Shown: positions 20,216 through 30,634, counted from the stretch's first letter. The stretch is 64,000 nt of DNA from Candidatus Bathyarchaeota archaeon (GCA_963832745.1 CAWHVC010000003.1:448001-512000), one strand, 5' to 3'. A program made the numbers and translations. Notes: generated by a model not told the origin, from the sequence alone.

Positions 20216-21574
20216 CTACTTGAAGTTTGGTGGAATACCGCCCATTCCCATGCCGCCTTTTCCGCCAAGACCGAAGGGCAGTTTCTTTTTGCGCTTAAAC
20301 ATCTTTAACATTTTACGCATCATAACATACTGTTTAAGCAGTTCCTTAACGTCTTTCTCCGTTGTTCCGGAACCACGAGCGATGCGTCTTCCGCGTGAAG
20401 AAGTGATAAGCTTGGGGTTTTCTTTTTCTTCAGGAGTCATTGACTGAATGATTACGCGCCATTTATCTAGGCGACCTTCAGCAGTGTTCAGCATATCGTC
20501 TGGTACATCATAGGACATGCCGGGCAACATTTTTAGAACTTTACCAAAAGGCCCCATGTTTTTAACGGCACTAAACTGTTCATACATGTCAGTTAATGTG
20601 AATTTGCCACTTAGGATTTCTTTGGCCTTCTTCTGTGGAACCTTTACTTCAGCGTCATGCACTTTCTCAAGCAAGGTTTCCAAGTCACCCATGCCCAGCA
20701 GGCGACCAACAAAACGGGAGGGTACGAAGGATTCGATATCCTCAATTTTTTCTCCTGTACCAATAAACTTGATTGGCGCACCGGTTGCTGCTACTGCCGA
20801 AAGGGCACCGCCTCCGCGTGAGGAACCGTCAAGTTTGGTGACGATGATGGCGCCAATCGGTGTTGCTTCATGGAAACTTTTTGCTTGAATAAGCGCTTGC
20901 TGACCGATAGTGCCGTCGATAACCATTATGACTTCATCAGGATGAATGTTCTTTTCAAGGTCTTTCATTTCTTTGATGAGGTCTTTTTCTTCTTTGTGTC
21001 GACCCGCAGTGTCAACAATGATCAAGTCTTTATCTGCAAAGACCTTGAGTCCTTCACGGACGACTTTGACGGGGTTATTGGCTTTTACGTCGCCGAAAAC
21101 TGGAAGATTTATTCTGTTGCCCAACTGCAAAAGCTGAGCGTAAGCGCCTGGACGAAAAGTGTCAGCCGCAATCAATCCAGGTTTAAAGCCGCGTTTCTGG
21201 TAGTAACGGGCTAGTTTGGCGGCGTGAGTGGTTTTGCCTGAACCTTGAATGCCGACCAGCATGACAATTTTCTTTTTGCCTGGCTCCACCTTTAATGGAA
21301 CTGGCTTGTCGCCGACGAACCGTGTCAATTCTTCGTACACGACTTTGATAACGTGTTCGCGTCGTGAGATTCCCGGAGGCACTTTTTCTTTTAACGCTCG
21401 GTCTTCGATGCGTTTGGAGATTTCGAGCACTAACTGTACGTTAACGTCTGACTGAAGCAACGCACGTTGTATGTCGCGGACGAGTTCTTTTACTGCTGCC
21501 TCGTCAACTACGCCTGCTTTAAACAGTTTTTTTATAGCGTTAGTTAGTGATGAACCTAAACGATCAAGTGCCAT
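20216..21574 (-). CDS. srp54: Signal recognition particle protein SRP54
   Basis: GIQGSGKTT, DTAGRH, TKLDG and a Met-rich M domain. Confidence 0.97.
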   Translation of the reverse strand: MALDRLGSSLTNAIKKLFKAGVVDEAAVKELVRDIQRALLQSDVNVQLVLEISKRIEDRALKEKVPPGISRREHVIKVVYEELTRFVGDKPVPLKVEPGKKKIVMLVGIQGSGKTTHAAKLARYYQKRGFKPGLIAADTFRPGAYAQLLQLGNRINLPVFGDVKANNPVKVVREGLKVFADKDLIIVDTAGRHKEEKDLIKEMKDLEKNIHPDEVIMVIDGTIGQQALIQAKSFHEATPIGAIIVTKLDGSSRGGGALSAVAATGAPIKFIGTGEKIEDIESFVPSRFVGRLLGMGDLETLLEKVHDAEVKVPQKKAKEILSGKFTLTDMYEQFSAVKNMGPFGKVLKMLPGMSYDVPDDMLNTAEGRLDKWRVIIQSMTPEEKENPKLITSSRGRRIARGSGTTEKDVKELLKQYVMMRKMLKMFKRKKKLPFGLGGKGGMGMGGIPPNFK

Positions 21575-21698
21575 CCATTCTCACTCCAGCTTTAATCATT
21601 CACATCTGCCTTTAAATAAATATTACAGCATAAAAACCTATCAATACAGGCAAAACCGCACAGGAGAAAATTTTTGTGAGGAAAATGTTTGCCGCAAG

Positions 21699-21767
21699 TT
21701 GAAGCCTCAGTTCCCCATAAAATATTCTTCACAATTCAGACGGCTCTTCATGCATCATTGGCTTCAA
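21699..21767 (-). ncRNA. Candidate box C/D guide sRNA
   Basis: Minus strand reads TTGAAGCC-A-ATGATGC (C) - 12 nt - CTGA (D') - ATT - GTGAAGA (C') - 15 nt - CTGA (D) - GGCTTCAA, closed by a perfect 8-bp terminal stem. Confidence 0.65.
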
Positions 21768-21890
21768 TCCACAAAGAGGCAGTAAGCTAACAAATAAACC
21801 TATACCGAAAAAACTCGGCAACAAATACAAGCAAATATTGACAAAAAATCGGACTAAGATAGATTGGAAAATAATTTGGTTAGGGCAGAA

Positions 21891-22283
21891 CTATTTGACC
21901 CTACTGATTTTGATTTTGCCCAAGATTTTCCAGTACTCGATTTCTGCGCCGGCAACCAACTTGGCCTTTAAATCTTCCTCGTCTGGAAATGGAGCATCAA
22001 TATACTCGTATGTTTCCAAATCCATGATTTGTACACCGGTTGGATTTACTGCGAAAATTTGGCCTGCACGTTTGTCAATAATTGGAATTTCAGCGCTTCC
22101 GTCAACTGGTTTTACGAATTGTCTTTTTTGGTTATCAAAAACGCCAATGGCAACGATTCTTGCTTTTGCTGCGCCGTGTTTTCCAGGTTTAGATTTTGCA
22201 ATGTCCATAATGCGGCAGGGTTCTCCATCAATCATCATATAGCCGCCGACACGAAGTTCTCCTACATCAACTGGTTTGCTCAT
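21891..22283 (-). CDS. eif5a: Translation factor aIF5A
   Basis: SKPGKHGAAK hypusine motif. Confidence 0.96.
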   Translation of the reverse strand: MSKPVDVGELRVGGYMMIDGEPCRIMDIAKSKPGKHGAAKARIVAIGVFDNQKRQFVKPVDGSAEIPIIDKRAGQIFAVNPTGVQIMDLETYEYIDAPFPDEEDLKAKLVAGAEIEYWKILGKIKISRVK

Positions 22284-22378
22284 TCTCTCACCACAATTTC
22301 TTTTCTATTTATGCAAAAAACTGAACAACACCCATAATATAGATTAAGGTGACGGTATTAAGGCTGAAAGGTGACATT

Positions 22379-23218
22379 GTGTTCAAAAGCGTAGGGTTAG
22401 TCGCTCGTTATGATAAAGATAAGGCTCTACAGCTAACAGAAGAGCTGGCAGTGCACCTTAACAGCAAGGGCCTCAAAGTTTTCATCGAAGACACTCTGGC
22501 AGACAAGATAAAGGTAAACGCTGAAGCGGTTACACTTGAAAAAATGAAAACTGACTTCATCATCACCATAGGGGGCGACGGCACAATCCTGCGCACCTGT
22601 CTAAACAGTCCAAAACCAGAACCACCCATCCTAGGCATAAACATGGGTGTCAGGGGATTCTTAACAGAAGTCGAGCCCAATGACGCCTTAAAAGCTGTTG
22701 ACAGAATCCTCAAAGACGACTTTAGAATCGAAAAATGTACCAAACTTTCAGCCAAAATCGGCGACATAACCCTGCCAGACGCTTTGAATGATGTAGTAAT
22801 TTCTGCGGGAGAACCCTCAAAAATTCTTTACACCGAAATTTGCAAAGATGGAAAAGCAATTCTGAAGTGTCAAGCTGACGGTTTGATTGTAGCAACCCAA
22901 ACAGGCTCTACGGGTTACTCGCTTTCCGCTGGTGGTCCAGTGCTTGACAAGGCTATGGACGCAATTTTGGTTACTCCAATATGCGCATTGACCGTGTTTA
23001 GGTCTCTTGTGTTTCCTGCTGATTCCGAAATTACCTTAAACGTTATCAGGCCAAAGCAAATGCTGGTCATGATTGACGGAAATTATCATCACATGGAAAG
23101 CGAAAAAGAACTCACGGTTAAAGTTACAAAGTCGAAGAATGTTTCAAGCTTTATAAGATTTGGAAACGACTTCTATGACCGTTTAAGCTGCAGGTTACTA
23201 TTTCAAGGATCGAGATGA
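22379..23218 (+). CDS. nadK: NAD kinase
   Basis: GGDGT, ALNDVV, DGLIVAT.TGSTGYSLSAGGP; GTG start after an AGGTGA RBS. Confidence 0.95.
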   Translation: MFKSVGLVARYDKDKALQLTEELAVHLNSKGLKVFIEDTLADKIKVNAEAVTLEKMKTDFIITIGGDGTILRTCLNSPKPEPPILGINMGVRGFLTEVEPNDALKAVDRILKDDFRIEKCTKLSAKIGDITLPDALNDVVISAGEPSKILYTEICKDGKAILKCQADGLIVATQTGSTGYSLSAGGPVLDKAMDAILVTPICALTVFRSLVFPADSEITLNVIRPKQMLVMIDGNYHHMESEKELTVKVTKSKNVSSFIRFGNDFYDRLSCRLLFQGSR

Positions 23219-23773
23219 TAAAAAATACAGGCACGCAACAATTCTCAGAAAAAAATTGTCGTTTTAGATACCTCCGCGTTTATAGCTGGATTTGACCCGT
23301 TTTCGCTTGGAGAAGAGCAAGTAACTGTGCCAAAAGTGGGCGATGAAATAAGAAACAATTCGATGGCTTGGGTTCGTTTTAACACTGCTGTTGAAAGCGG
23401 CAAAATCAAAATTAAAATGCCCCACGAAGAATTTTCAAACAAAGTAAAAACCTCCGCAAGCAAAGTAGGCGATTCATATCTTCTTTCAGAAACCGACATG
23501 CAACTTCTTGCCTTAGCGTTAGAATTAAAAGCGCAAGGTGAAAATCCAGAAATAATTACGGATGATTACTCAATTCAAAATGTTGCTAAACAAAACGGCA
23601 TAGGGTTTTACGCGCTTGCCACCTTTGGCATTAGGCGGCTTCTGGAATGGATTCGCTATTGTCCCGCGTGCCACCGAGAATATCCCGTTAACAGTAGTTT
23701 TAGTGCTTGTCGAGTTTGCGGAACAGAACTCAAAAGAAAACCTAAACGAACAGCCAAAAAAGTAAAAGCCTAA
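23215..23773 (+). CDS. nob1: Nob1 endoribonuclease (PIN domain plus Zn ribbon); start codon anomalous
   Basis: VVLDTSAFI, LSETD, TDDYSIQN, CPAC..CRVCG. The PIN N-terminus lies upstream of the first in-frame canonical start, so a frameshift or non-canonical start is needed. Confidence 0.85.
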
Positions 23774-23783
23774 AAACTGTTTG

Positions 23784-25616
23784 TTAAAGCAGGGCTAAAA
23801 TCAGAATCAACAGTAAACCTTCAACAAGGAACACTGGAACAACTATCTTTTTTGCTTTTACAAGCGCTTTGTCTACAAGTAGTGATAGGGATGCAATGCG
23901 TGACCCTCCGATAACTCGGACCTGGGGGATAATTAGGTGTTTGCATCCGGCTTTGGCTGGTTCCAAGTTGGCAACGGCGGCTTTTGCAGCGTCTATAATG
24001 TAATTGATTAATGCTGTGTGATTCATGACTTCTCCTACTGGATGATAACCACGGCTGCCTGTTACGAGTGCGCTTACGGCGTGGGTGTCGGTTGTGAAAA
24101 CTTCGCTTGCATTAAACCCAGCTGCGTTTATGGCGGGCAAGATTTTTTCTCGTAGCCCAGAAATCATGTTGTTGCCGTCTATGACAATGTAAGCTGTTTT
24201 TTGCTCTTCAACTTGGACAATTATGGCTGTGATACCGCCAGTGCCCATGCCCTCTTTGAGCGTGAAGTCTTTCGGGTAAACTGTCGAGGAGCCAACTTTG
24301 AATGGTTTCTTTGGCATCGCGGCTGCTTTTTGGAGGCATTTGAAAGCTGCAGTCTCAAATTCTGCAAGATGCTCAACGGTGTCAATTACATCGTTTAAGC
24401 TGTTGTGACAGTTCACTACGATGGTGCAATTTAACCCGTATTTCTTGGCTTCTTCCTGAACTGCTTGTCCCAGTTCCTGAGGCAAATCCTCGGTAGTTTT
24501 CGGTGAAAGCGTGAATGAAAGGAAAGCTGTGTCTCCGAAGATTTGGCATGAAGCTGTAGCGTATCCTTCGGAAACTTGAACAAACGGTGTAGCCACAGTT
24601 TCCTCAGCGTCATACTTGGCGGCTTCAATCACCTGATTAATAACCTTAAAGTTTTGAGATTGTGAAGCCAAGTCTAGTTCGTGACCTAAAATGCCTAGTG
24701 GTGTACAAGTTTGACATCCGTAGGCTTCTTCAAAGTGTTTCTTAAGCAGTGAAGGCAAAAGACTGCTGCCAATATTCTTGAATGGTCCCGGATGTACAAG
24801 AGGCACGATTATCGCCGCTTTAGGCTTAGATGCGTCAAACCGCAGCATTGTAACGTCGATGTCTTCATTTTCACCCATCTTTTCCAAATACGCCTCTAGA
24901 GGCGCGTTTGCAGCGACAACCCAGTTAAGCATAAAAGCCCTAAACAATGGCAATGCAGGCATGCCGTTAAGCTGTTTACCGATTTTGTCGAGTGCGTTTA
25001 GGAATATGAAGACTGCCGCGTAAGCAATTATTGGCGTTACTATGAGGTATGGTAAAGTTTGGGTTACTGCGTTGCCTGTAATGTTTGACCAGAATCCTAT
25101 GAATACTCCAACGCAAAGGTAAGGCCAAAGCAGGGCAGACAAAACCTGCCGAGCAGCACCCGCTGAGGATGTTGCAAGCAGAACGATTAAACGCAGGGTC
25201 AAAACTGCGCCAAAACCTAACAGCATCAGTTTGAACCACCATGAGGCGTCAAACGATAGTCCCAAGACGGCGCCTAGTATGAGGAAGAATACCCAAAATA
25301 TCCAGCAGAAAAGCGACATTGCAACTGTTCGGCGCAGAATAAAGATGGGGTCTTTTAAGATTGCTTTGCTCATTACAGCATCAACAACAATGGTTATAGC
25401 AAACAGGGTAATGCCCAGAGCTAAGCTGTTTATTAGTCCCTGAGTTGTGGGAAACAAGGCGTAAGTTGATAGCCCAATTATGCCAATACAAATCGCGGCT
25501 ATAGTTAAGACTGCACGTTTGTAAGGTGGAAGAAAGAACATTGCTGAGTAATGTTTCAGGGCGCCATCCATTGAATCACTTAAGGAATTGCCAGAATTGT
25601 TGTTCGCCATGTTCAA
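23784..25616 (-). CDS. DUF2070 family membrane protein
   Basis: N-terminal TM bundle; VHPGPF, HELD, NCHNS, DGNNM and TTDTH motifs. Confidence 0.85.
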   Translation of the reverse strand: MNMANNNSGNSLSDSMDGALKHYSAMFFLPPYKRAVLTIAAICIGIIGLSTYALFPTTQGLINSLALGITLFAITIVVDAVMSKAILKDPIFILRRTVAMSLFCWIFWVFFLILGAVLGLSFDASWWFKLMLLGFGAVLTLRLIVLLATSSAGAARQVLSALLWPYLCVGVFIGFWSNITGNAVTQTLPYLIVTPIIAYAAVFIFLNALDKIGKQLNGMPALPLFRAFMLNWVVAANAPLEAYLEKMGENEDIDVTMLRFDASKPKAAIIVPLVHPGPFKNIGSSLLPSLLKKHFEEAYGCQTCTPLGILGHELDLASQSQNFKVINQVIEAAKYDAEETVATPFVQVSEGYATASCQIFGDTAFLSFTLSPKTTEDLPQELGQAVQEEAKKYGLNCTIVVNCHNSLNDVIDTVEHLAEFETAAFKCLQKAAAMPKKPFKVGSSTVYPKDFTLKEGMGTGGITAIIVQVEEQKTAYIVIDGNNMISGLREKILPAINAAGFNASEVFTTDTHAVSALVTGSRGYHPVGEVMNHTALINYIIDAAKAAVANLEPAKAGCKHLIIPQVRVIGGSRIASLSLLVDKALVKAKKIVVPVFLVEGLLLILILALL

Positions 25617-25874
25617 GCATCTCAGGTTTGGTTTTCTATTGAAACTTGTTAGAGTTATTAAAATGTAGCTTAAGTTAAGGGGTTAAATATCTGACAATAA
25701 ATACAAAATTCCATACTTTCAAATAAGCAAGCAAGCCAACTTTAGGCATAAAAAACGCAAAACTCAAAGACACCTCAGACGCCAAAAGCTTCCAGATATC
25801 ATGCCCAGAAGGGTTTTTCACAGGGAGAACTGTTTTATCCCCAAAACGACAACTATGTTAATTCTGCAAAGCCT

Positions 25875-26174
25875 ATGCCAGCGCAAGATTTGCCTCCATC
25901 CATATTTCAGATGCTTGAAAGGAATGTTGGCAAGAAAGTCAGAGTAATATTGGATTCAGCCTACGGTTTTGAAGGCACCTTGGAAGCGGTCACTCAGGAA
26001 CCATCAGGTGTCTGGTTATCAGGCGTAGACGCGATAGTTTTGCGTTCAACCCTTGCGCAGCCGATTCCGCAAGTAGCAAGCCGAGAAGAAACAGGCGATT
26101 TGTATCTCCATTTAAACTCGGTGCAAAGAATTGAAGTATTACACGAAACGCCATCTAGAACAAAGATAAAATAA
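25875..26174 (+). CDS. Sm/LSm-fold-like small protein
   Basis: Helix followed by VGKKVRVIL...FEGTL (Sm1-like) and GDLYLHLNSV..IE (Sm2-like). Confidence 0.5.
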   Translation: MPAQDLPPSIFQMLERNVGKKVRVILDSAYGFEGTLEAVTQEPSGVWLSGVDAIVLRSTLAQPIPQVASREETGDLYLHLNSVQRIEVLHETPSRTKIK

Positions 26175-26202
26175 AACTGTTTTTTAGAAAAGAAATTGTT
26201 GT

Positions 26203-26373
26203 TTAGGTTGGGAAGAAAACTTTTGCCAGAATTGAAACAACAATTAAAGTTACAGAGAGAACCACTAAGAGTTCAGGTCTAACTTTGATGCCTTCGGTTT
26301 CTTCCTCAAAGAACCTAAGTAAGCCTGCACTTGCAGCTGGCATTGGACCTGCTTCTTTTCGTTTTCGACTCAT
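26203..26373 (-). CDS. secG: Preprotein translocase subunit Sec61beta (SecG); absent from the ORF track
   Basis: Manual translation MSRKRKEAGPMPAASAGLLRFFEEETEGIKVRPELLVVLSVTLIVVSILAKVFFPT; AGLLRFF-EE motif plus one TM helix. Confidence 0.9.
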   Translation of the reverse strand: MSRKRKEAGPMPAASAGLLRFFEEETEGIKVRPELLVVLSVTLIVVSILAKVFFPT

Positions 26374-26505
26374 TAACATCCCACTATTACGATTAAGTAG
26401 GTATCCTATAATTTCTTGTAGATTATTAATGTTGCGTAAAAACAGTCAACATTGCTACCTTATGGTTTTAAAACATGCAAAGCAATACGTAAGCGAGGAC
26501 TTTAC

Positions 26506-26829
26506 GTGCAGATTTACGATTTTCAAGAAATGATGAAAAGACTATACATACAAAGTGACAAGGAACGCGGAGTAGATGCAACCTTCAAATGGCTCTCAGA
26601 CGAACTGCAGGAACTAAAAGAAGCTTTAAACGGACAAGATAAAACAGCCTTAGAGAAAGAGTTCGCCGACGTCTTAGCCTGGCTTGCATCTTTAGCCAAC
26701 ATCACAGACGTAGACCTTGAAAAAGCCGCTTTAGAGAAATACAATCACAAATGCCCAAAATGTCAACAGGCGCCATGCACCTGTAAATTTATCAAAATCA
26801 AGCCAGACGTGTCTGCCCAACACCCGTAG
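26506..26829 (+). CDS. MazG-like nucleotide pyrophosphohydrolase
   Basis: WL.DE..EL.EA...EFADVLAWL motif; C-terminal CPKC...C.C. Confidence 0.85.
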   Translation: MQIYDFQEMMKRLYIQSDKERGVDATFKWLSDELQELKEALNGQDKTALEKEFADVLAWLASLANITDVDLEKAALEKYNHKCPKCQQAPCTCKFIKIKPDVSAQHP

Positions 26830-27088
26830 GCAACCAAACATATCGCCTACCGCCCTTACGTTCCACGATGTCTTCCCGGCACAGCAAGCGTAAATGATGC
26901 ATTACAACATTATACGACAGATCTGTTTTGTTGGCTAATTCACTTGCGCTGCAATATTGGGTATCAAGCAACACTAAAATTTTTGTTCTTGCCTTAAGAC
27001 CACATCGAACGTTACGGATTTTTTTTAGGTAAGCATTTGGATGAAACGCGCCAGTGATACCCTTTTTCCCCCCCAAACATAAATGCAC
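26798..27088 (-). CDS. ArsR-like winged-helix protein
   Basis: ARTKIL..L....SASELA....LSYNVVMHHLRLL..E.IV; start uncertain. Confidence 0.75.
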   Translation of the reverse strand: MHLCLGGKKGITGAFHPNAYLKKIRNVRCGLKARTKILVLLDTQYCSASELANKTDLSYNVVMHHLRLLCREDIVERKGGRRYVWLPTGVGQTRLA

Positions 27089-27110
27089 AGGTTTATTTGT
27101 AAAGCTTTAG

Positions 27111-30100
27111 TTAACCAAAATCAAAAAGCGTTGCCTGCTTAGCTTTCTTGTTATCAAACATTAAAGAAATTTCTTGTTTAATCAAAATCATCCGTTGAGT
27201 GTAATATTTAGGCAACCCATACTTATCCACAAGATGCTGAGCAACAGCCAAATACTTTTCAATGTTACCACGATAAACTGTAAGCGTAAGGTTTCCGCCA
27301 CAGAAAGAGCATTTCCCAGTTAACGGCAGCCTACGAAACTTTTTGTTACAACTCTTGCACCTAAAAGATTGTGTAGAGAACGCACGCAAGTTTCCAGCGA
27401 TGTCACGCATGAAATGAGTATTTATAACTTTAAGCGCGACTCGTTTAGCATCAACGGCTTCAATCTGTTCACCCAAACTTAACTGCATATTAAGCTTGTC
27501 AATCATTGATTTGAATTCCTTGTAGGCGCTATTTGCGTTGCCAAGATTAATATTTGTACAGGGCACAGTAAACATGAATCCTTCAAACTGCGCTTCAGTA
27601 CCTAACCGGTGGCTGATGGTATCCATAATCGAGCTTATTGGTCTAGCTTCAACTTTCTGCCAAGACCTCTGATAAAACTCTAATGGATAAGTTGCACTAA
27701 CATCAAAATCGTGCGCTTGCCGTTGCACTTCTTTAGTGTTAACAAAAGGAATCATTAAAATGGGGGCATCCATGATTCCGCCGATTTGAGCCGGCAAATA
27801 ACGTCTTGAGAAGTTGATCAAGGTATCAAGGGCTAGCATTATTGCATCTTCGTCGCCGTCGCAATCTCTACGCTTGGCAGAATGCCAAACAGGATGAGCA
27901 TAAATCAAGTTACGGTCAGTATATCCGATTACACGTCCAAGAATACAAGCGCATGTGTGAGGAGCCAACCCAAAAATCAATTGCCCTACAAGATCCTCTG
28001 CCTTTTTAACGTTATAGAAACGCGGCATCTTGTAAACGCGTTCCAGCAGGTTATCAATGAAATCAGCTATTTGGAGAAAATACTCACCTGCTTTACAAGG
28101 AATAACAACATCTTGAATTTTAAGTTCCAAAACTTGATGGGGGTCAGTTAATTCCTTACCATAAACATCATAACTGTAACCTAACGAGCGGAGTCTTTCA
28201 ACTGAGACACCAACTTCGGCAGGCGTAATGTGCGTTAGGGGGGCGTTGGTACCGTCAAAACGGATAGTACCATCCTTGTAAACAGACACACCGTACTTAG
28301 CCCGCAAAACTCCCTTCTCAAGGATTTCAGGCATTTTATCCTCATTAGTCAACCCTTTAACCCCACGTAGCATCTTTGGAGCAGAAACACCCAAAGAAGA
28401 ACAAGCCGATTCAAGCATCTCCTTAAAGTTAACGGCCTGTCTAGAATACAATACCGATTTAGTCTTGCATCCACCACAGTAATTATCTTTTAGGGCTCGA
28501 CCACAACGTGGACAAGTATTTTCTGCAACCGTGTCACAACCGCAGGCTGGGCACTGCACTTTTAACGTGTAGGTTTTACATTGTGGACATTTGCGTTTGG
28601 CTATTTCAACAAACACGGGACCTTTTTTTCCTGCTTCCACAAAATCCCTGTGCGAGCCGCCAGCCAACCCAACTGGGAACAAGACATGAACAAGAGGTCT
28701 CATTTCACGGTGCTTGGCTTTTTCGGGTCTACCCATACGCCCACCTACATAGCTGGGCGCTTTATCCTTAATCTGCACACCACTGAGCAGAGTCAGCAAA
28801 TCCAAAACTGAAACCACTTCAAAAGAAGTTGTCAGCCTAGGCGTGCCATAACCAAGAGTAAACGCAAAAGCAGCGGCATCTTCACCCTCAATTACCACTT
28901 TATCCTCAACGATTCGGTGAGGCACCAAAATTTTCCTCAGCAACTTAACAACATCATCGCTAGCGGTTCCGCTGATAGTGCATGCAAGCCCATCAGTTAA
29001 AACAACGTCACAGGTTGATAGCCAGTTTCTTAGGGAATCAACTTCTTGAACAGTAGAAAGGCTCGTCCAAAAGAATATACAGTTAGGCGCTAGGGGAACA
29101 TCCAAGTTTTTGCTTAATGCGATGGCTTCTTTGACTGTGGGCTTGTTTTTGAAGGAGTCAGAAAGAAAATCCTCCAGCTGATGCACTGGAATGCAACAAA
29201 TTTCTGCTGCTTTTGTGTTGTCGACGCCAAATTTTGCGGTGATAGCGTTTTTCAGGTCTTTTACCCACCATTCCTCCACGTAGCCTGAAGGTAATAGTGC
29301 CTTGTTGCAGTAGAGAAAGTCGCCGAAATCAATCAGCATATCACCTAGGAAAAGGATTTTCTGAATCTTACCTTTAACTTCCGGAAAGCTCTCAAGTGAC
29401 ACACGCACTACGGAATTGTCTTTAAGCAGTACGATGGGTTTCTCAAGGCTGTCTACAGGCATTGTGACACCGCCTTTTCCAGGCAGTTCCAGACGCATTT
29501 GTGTACCCGCCGCCAAGAAGCCTTCAACTACAGACATTGTAGCAGGATGTATGCCAACCGCTGAAAGCCCTGTGTTTCGGGACCGCCCATACCTTAACCT
29601 AAAACCGCCCTTAGTAGACGGAAAAGCAAAAATCGGTCTGCCAGCAATTACATCATCCATAAAGCCGCCAGATTTTTTCTCAGACTTTTTCTTAAAATTT
29701 TTCAGCCAGTCCCAACCCTGGAAGCCCAGCTTGTCGATGATTACAAATACTTTCTGTGCACGACCAACAATGCCGTCGTTGATGACTCTTAAGGCGCCAC
29801 CTCGGACACGGTTGGTTTCAACCCGTTCCAGATTACGGTAGGATGATACTTCAACGGGGTCTGATTCCGTCCCGGTGCATTCAACGGGAACAAGGTTAAG
29901 CGCTTTTCGCAATTCCTCATCTGGGATGTGATACTGGAAACGTCCCACAGAGCGTTCATAAAGACGCAGTTCCTCAACAAACCGTGAAACCTCTTCTTCG
30001 GTGGGCTTATAAGTATCCAAAGCGAGTTCCCGTCGCACGTAGTCCCCCACGACCAAAGTTAAAGCTTGGTCAGTACCGCCTGCAGACCTAATTGGTCCAG

Positions 30101-30539
30101 CGAAATAAACGGCTAGATAACGGGATTGGTCAGCATTCTTTTTAATTTTAACTTGAGCTATGCCCTGAATTGGGGCGGCGGTTAAGCCTTCAGTGAAAAT
30201 TGCAAGCGCAGTCCTAATAGCCTGCTCAGCTAGCTGTTCCTGATTTAAGTCTTCTTCAGGCTGATTAAATTTGCCTTGGGCAATTTCCTGCGCAACCTTG
30301 AAAGCTACTTCTTCACGGGGCATTTGACTGCTGAGCCTACGGATGCTTAAGGCAACATTTTTTGGTCCCACGAGACCTTCTACGAGATCAGCAATGTCTT
30401 GAGCTTCGATGCATTCAGTTTTAAGCGCGGGATCTAAGCCTTTAGCTCTGGCGTTATCGCTAATCACGTATAACTCTTTTAATTGGCGCCTCATCTCGTC
30501 AATGTAATCTTGGTAACTTCGACTCAGTTTACTGCTCAA
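27111..30539 (-). CDS. polC: DNA polymerase D large subunit DP2 (no intein evident)
   Basis: YFAGPIRSAGGT, GGFRLRYGR, RMGRPEKA, catalytic RRDCDGDED and C-terminal Zn fingers. Confidence 0.97.
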   Translation of the reverse strand: MSSKLSRSYQDYIDEMRRQLKELYVISDNARAKGLDPALKTECIEAQDIADLVEGLVGPKNVALSIRRLSSQMPREEVAFKVAQEIAQGKFNQPEEDLNQEQLAEQAIRTALAIFTEGLTAAPIQGIAQVKIKKNADQSRYLAVYFAGPIRSAGGTDQALTLVVGDYVRRELALDTYKPTEEEVSRFVEELRLYERSVGRFQYHIPDEELRKALNLVPVECTGTESDPVEVSSYRNLERVETNRVRGGALRVINDGIVGRAQKVFVIIDKLGFQGWDWLKNFKKKSEKKSGGFMDDVIAGRPIFAFPSTKGGFRLRYGRSRNTGLSAVGIHPATMSVVEGFLAAGTQMRLELPGKGGVTMPVDSLEKPIVLLKDNSVVRVSLESFPEVKGKIQKILFLGDMLIDFGDFLYCNKALLPSGYVEEWWVKDLKNAITAKFGVDNTKAAEICCIPVHQLEDFLSDSFKNKPTVKEAIALSKNLDVPLAPNCIFFWTSLSTVQEVDSLRNWLSTCDVVLTDGLACTISGTASDDVVKLLRKILVPHRIVEDKVVIEGEDAAAFAFTLGYGTPRLTTSFEVVSVLDLLTLLSGVQIKDKAPSYVGGRMGRPEKAKHREMRPLVHVLFPVGLAGGSHRDFVEAGKKGPVFVEIAKRKCPQCKTYTLKVQCPACGCDTVAENTCPRCGRALKDNYCGGCKTKSVLYSRQAVNFKEMLESACSSLGVSAPKMLRGVKGLTNEDKMPEILEKGVLRAKYGVSVYKDGTIRFDGTNAPLTHITPAEVGVSVERLRSLGYSYDVYGKELTDPHQVLELKIQDVVIPCKAGEYFLQIADFIDNLLERVYKMPRFYNVKKAEDLVGQLIFGLAPHTCACILGRVIGYTDRNLIYAHPVWHSAKRRDCDGDEDAIMLALDTLINFSRRYLPAQIGGIMDAPILMIPFVNTKEVQRQAHDFDVSATYPLEFYQRSWQKVEARPISSIMDTISHRLGTEAQFEGFMFTVPCTNINLGNANSAYKEFKSMIDKLNMQLSLGEQIEAVDAKRVALKVINTHFMRDIAGNLRAFSTQSFRCKSCNKKFRRLPLTGKCSFCGGNLTLTVYRGNIEKYLAVAQHLVDKYGLPKYYTQRMILIKQEISLMFDNKKAKQATLFDFG

Positions 30540-30634
30540 GCAATCCCTTCATAGAATAGTTAAGGTTAACAGGAGAGTATTTTGGCTTTTCTAAGGGAAA
30601 AATTAAAACTCAAACATCAAAGAAGGGGCAGTTA

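Noticed and set aside
27111-30539. Intein in DP2 (or in Cdc6)
   Set aside because: Lengths are normal and conserved motifs are contiguous (e.g. HSAKRRDCDGDED)
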